Source of the DNA: the human T2T-CHM13v2.0 reference genome, Homo sapiens
Assembly: GCF_009914755.1 (NCBI RefSeq)
Contig: NC_060937.1
Strand: one strand, 5' to 3'
DNA length: 64,000 nt
How positions within the stretch are numbered: the stretch's first letter is position 1; every line of letters begins with the position of its first letter. The translations under genes were made by a program, and so were the position numbers. Below, one piece after another: positions 59,461 to 64,000 of the stretch. Below the pieces are notes generated by a model. It saw nothing but the letters and a program-made list of their open reading frames with translations, was not told the origin of the DNA and searched no databases.

Positions 59461-62383
59461 GATAGCACCAACTCCATAATCTACTTTTCGTTTAACCAAG
59501 TGACTGAACTCTTTGTGGACACTTCCTCAGTGGACCACTCTCTGGTGGCCTAGCATGCCAGGTAGGTGTATGAGCTTGAAGAGGGTTTCACGAGAATCCT
59601 AAAAATAAAACCCACACATTTTGGATTTCTTTAATGAATGTATTGCACTTAACTCCAATGATCAAGAATTCATTAACTTTTACTCATTTTACACATTGTG
59701 TGTGCTTGAGCAAATGATCCTTTTTTTTATTGTTTTAAGTGTGGCAACAGATGCTGCTCTTCATCTTCCTAGGTCTGATTTTTTTTTTTTTTCTGGGGAG
59801 GGGATAGGGAGGAGAGATGAGAAAGACACCAGCTGGTGAATGCAGAATTAATTACAGATTGTTTCCCTCAAAAAACACATACATGGATGACCAACCTCTA
59901 GTGACTTTGGCAGCTGTTCCTGCCCTTTTAAGATTACTAGTAACTGGACAGATACTCTATTCTTTTTCTTGGAAGCATATGTTGCAATTTTGGGGAATTT
60001 GGAAGAGTAGAAGGTTTGTTACAGATACTATATCTGATGAAAAATTTAGACTACGCATGCATTTGCTTCCAAAATCAATTATAAAACTTATTAATTTACT
60101 AACTTTTTGGTAGAACTTGAATGTTTGTGAGACAAAAATGAATAAATACATTTCATAAAAAGGCTACCTTAGAAGTCACCATATATGCCTTAAGAGAAGA
60201 AAACTTTCAGAGAGGTAAAAAATGATTTTTTATATTGTATTTGAAAAATAATGACCTCAACAATATTTAAGTGATCTTTAAGATTTGTTGTTTCCATGGC
60301 AGCAGTTTTGTGGGGGCATCTTTTTTCCCCAAATGCTGATTTGTTAATGGTTTAAGCGCGTTGAAATAGAGCCTTTCAGGAAATGCTTGGGCAAAACAAA
60401 CAAGATTATTACTGAACGAATAGTGCTAGAATCTTTACAAACGAAATCATTTTAATTTAAATTATAGTTAAAAAGAAGAATTTTAATAATCTCAAAAATA
60501 CAATTTACATATTTTCTCCAATTTCTCACTTTCCATTTATTCCTCAACCTACCAAATTTGAACTTTTGTCAAAGTATGTCATTAATAAATACATTGTATC
60601 TTCCTGTGAATATTCTGTTATTTCTGCCTTTTTCTGTTGGTCACTACATCTGCTGATTCTACTGCTAATATTTCTCTCTAGTCTATTACTTACTTTTTAT
60701 GCAGAAGCAGAGTACTGTCAGGGTTATAACAAGCACAGACTTTTAGACAAACTGCCTAGGTTTGAATCTTAGTTCTGCAATAGGCTGATCTTGTGGAAAG
60801 GCAATAGAGTCTGCTATCTTTTTCTTTCACTAACAAATAAGGTCAAGTCATTAAATTTGGATGAAGTTACAAAATACTGTGTGATCACAGATGGTGAGTT
60901 AATTATCATGAGGTTGGTGGATAAAATCAACTTTCTATGACAAAATGGTTCATAACTCCAAGTGAACAAGCACGGCTTTCTAAGACAAATTTCTAACAAA
61001 TGTAGCTTTTTGCAATGAACAATCATAAACACAGTCCCTGGAACTTATACATTATTAAAACAGATTTTTCAATATTTATAGGAAGGGTTTTTTTTTCTCT
61101 TAGCAAAGGGATTTCATTTAGAAACCCAAGTTCATGATGACAAGCTGCAGATTAACTGTAGTCAAGTTTGATCATATCTACTAAGTAAATATTGCCAAAA
61201 TTTTTCTTGTTTTTTAATAAGATGTAATGGTTAAGTGCATACCTTGATTTAACAAATTCCCCATATCAACAGCCTCCAAATTATTTGCATGACTCCTTAT
61301 TAAACTGTTAATTAAGGTTTGTAACCTCTGGCTTCAGTTATAGTTTATTGTAATGGCTGAGTCAAAGAATATGAGGCTTATAATTTTCTCTTTCTATGCA
61401 TACTCATTAAAGAAATCATTTTGCAAGGATTCCTGTAGCTGCTCAAAATTGTTTGGTAATTTGAATAATATGAGTGATCATTTTGTATACAGCTGCCTTT
61501 CTAAAATCTCTGTGGTAATGGTATATGCCAATAAAAGGATTCTTTGAAAATAACAGGTTAGTTTCATAACTTATTTATTTAATTTGTAAGGATTATTAAT
61601 GTAGGAATTTCAGTTCAGTAATAACTCTGTTTGTTTTGCCTACCTTATTTTTGAAAGTGCATTTTTTTTCCAATTGGCCTTTCTAACATTTCTAAGTTAG
61701 CAGTATGCCAATGAAAGGATTCTTTGAAAGTGAGGGTGTTAGTTTTCTGTTTAACAAGGACTTTCCAAATGTGCCCCTTGCTTTATGATCTGGTATCTGT
61801 GTATCTCTGGTGTAAACATGTCACTTCAGTGACAGTTCACTCTCTGAAACCTGATTCCATTCATTTTGACACTGGAAAATTGGTAACTACAGGATCTCCA
61901 GGCATTTACTGAAACATGAGGAAGTAAGATTATGGAAAATAAGATAAATACAGAAAATAGTGACAGGCATCTACAGAGGTGAAGCTTTAAGCAATTAAGT
62001 GGGATGAATGCTTCATGAAAACAGATTAGCACTTGTATTTACCATATCCGACAGCCTTTTGTTTATATGGCATTTTAAACCAAAGCATTGTGAATTAGCT
62101 GAAGGACAAAATCTCAAAAAGGGGCAGACCCCATTAACAGTTTACCTTTTGGCCAGATGGCATAACTTAGGGCTATTTATCTGGCTGTGAGGATAGAATT
62201 TGGGATGACAAACGTTAGGTCTGATGCCAAGAATAGGACAGGAAACTAATACAGTGAGGAGACATGGAGCTATCTGTTCTAAGTTAATATAGCATGATTT
62301 AAAATGCTAGTTCATGTATTAACTAGAAAATATTAGTTCCCCAAATTGTACTTGAAACATGAGAGTAGCTTCATTTTATTTTG

Positions 62384-62820
62384 TCTCTCCTCTCCTCTCC
62401 TCTCCTCTCCCCTCCCCTCCCCTTTCCCCTCCTCTCCCCTCTCCTCTCCTCCCCTCCCCTCTCCTTTCCCCTCCTCTCCCCTCCCCTCTCCTTTCCCCTC
62501 CTCTCCCCTCTCCTCTCCTCTCTTCTCCTTTCCCCTCCTCTCCCCTCCCCTCTCCTTTCCCCTCCTCTCCCCTCCCCTCTCCTTTCCCCTCCTCTCCCCT
62601 CCCCTCTCCTCTCCACTCCTTTCCCCTCCCCTCCTCTCCCCTCCCCTCCTCTCCCCTTCCCTTCCCTCCTCTTCCCTCCCCTCTCCTCTCCTCTCGTCTC
62701 CTCTCCTTTCCCCTCCTCTCCCGTCACGTCACCTCCCTTCCCTTCACCTCCCCTCACCTCCCCTTTGCCTCCCCTCTCCCCTCCTGTCTCCTCCCTCTTC
62801 TCTCTTCTCTCTCTTTTTTC
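62384..62820. repeat. Polypyrimidine/polypurine tract of (CCCCT/CCTCT)n with a 27-nt higher-order unit
   Basis: Almost exclusively C/T on +; recurring CCCCTCTCCTTTCCCCTCCTCTCCCCT. Confidence 0.95.
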
Positions 62821-64000
62821 TAAAAATGAAGTTTTCAGCTTTTGACAATGTGAGAGGAAGAGAAACTGACAATAACTTAAGCAAATGAAGGGGTGGGAAG
62901 GAAACAAGGTAAAGGTTTAGACCAGTGTAGGGTTTAACTTTCCCCAGGTTGGAAGTGACGACTCGATGGCAACATTTCAGGTCCCAGAAAACTGCATACT
63001 CCTTTTAACATTCCCTTTCATCTCTCTCTTTACATTTCCAAATCTTTCAGAACATAACCTAAATATCATTTCCTCCAGAAAGACTTTCTTACTAATTCAC
63101 CCCAACTTGGAATAATCTCCTGCCTTCCAAACACCAGTACTAACCACCAATTGTCCTTATGGTTTAACTATATATTTCCTTATATTTTTTATTGTTAGCA
63201 TAAATATTTTCTTACGTATTTTTTTCTGATCTTTGATTCTCATCTCTCTGCTGGAGCATGAGGATCACTAGGGCATTCAGAGCAGGTAGAGTTACGTGCA
63301 CCCTTTTCTCACTCCAGAAACTAGCATGAGCCTTGAGGAGAGTATACTCTTCCTTGCACACTTCTTCATTTGCTGAACTGCCAATCTGGATACCATGTAT
63401 TCATACTTTAAAGCCATTTTTTTTTAATCTTACTAAAGTGGTCTCTTTTGAAAGCACACAGGTCTTCCAGTGTTTTGGATTTGTGTTTTCTCTATTAAAA
63501 CCCCACCAGGGCAAGCTTCACTAGAGCTACTGATGTTCGCCGTGCACATGAACTAAAAATGTTGGGTAACATAAAATGAAAAACATAATCAGAGGCAGAC
63601 TGGGGACCTGAGTCTGGGTTATCTTCAGGATCAATTCACCTTGAACCTGACAGTTAATTGTGAAGTGCATAACTGGATGGCAGGGTAAGTTACAATGATC
63701 TTTCCCAAAATTACAGCCTCATCTTGAAGAGTGTTTCTTTAATTCATGCTGATTTGATTAACCACAAGGGTTCTCATTTACAAATCCTTGGGAATACTGA
63801 ACACCTCTTATGATCATCCCTGGTGCAACAGAACCAATTTTATTGTGACTTCAGCTAAGTTGATCTGGTAACCCACTTGGGTGCCACTGCGATTGCCTTT
63901 GATCCACTCTGTTACAGCACAGGGGCAGAGTGGGGGATTTGATTGAAGAATATTTATTTGATTTCTCTCTCACTAAGGTTTTCTAGAACCCCAAGTAGTT

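Noticed and set aside
62346-62907. Pro/Ser/Leu-rich and Arg/Gly/Glu-rich ORFs
   Set aside because: Translations of a simple repeat

Overview
Primate (almost certainly human) genomic DNA, AT-rich and dominated by interspersed repeats, with no prokaryotic features and no intact host protein-coding exon. Landmarks: (1) a degraded processed pseudogene of HCFC2 at ~14.1-15.7 kb; (2) a CpG island at ~29.3-30.5 kb with a candidate non-coding first exon on + (probably an upstream MYO16 promoter at 13q33.3, inferred only from my recollection that HCFC2P1 lies next to MYO16); (3) a young full-length L1 on the minus strand (~44.3-50.3 kb, ACG/A diagnostics) with intact ORF1 and ORF0 and an ORF2 carrying three inactivating lesions. 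This L1 inserted into the target-site duplication of an AluY, leaving three copies of the target, and carries a short extra segment between two poly(A) tracts; (4) a full-length THE1D-like MaLR with both LTRs and a TSD, nested old L1s, many Alus, solo LTRs, MITEs and a long polypyrimidine tract. I found no evidence for a wholly new biological system. The best leads are the L1/Alu co-insertion architecture and the L1 antisense promoter/ORF0 oriented with the host gene. All repeat family assignments are by-eye comparisons to remembered consensus sequences, not RepeatMasker output.
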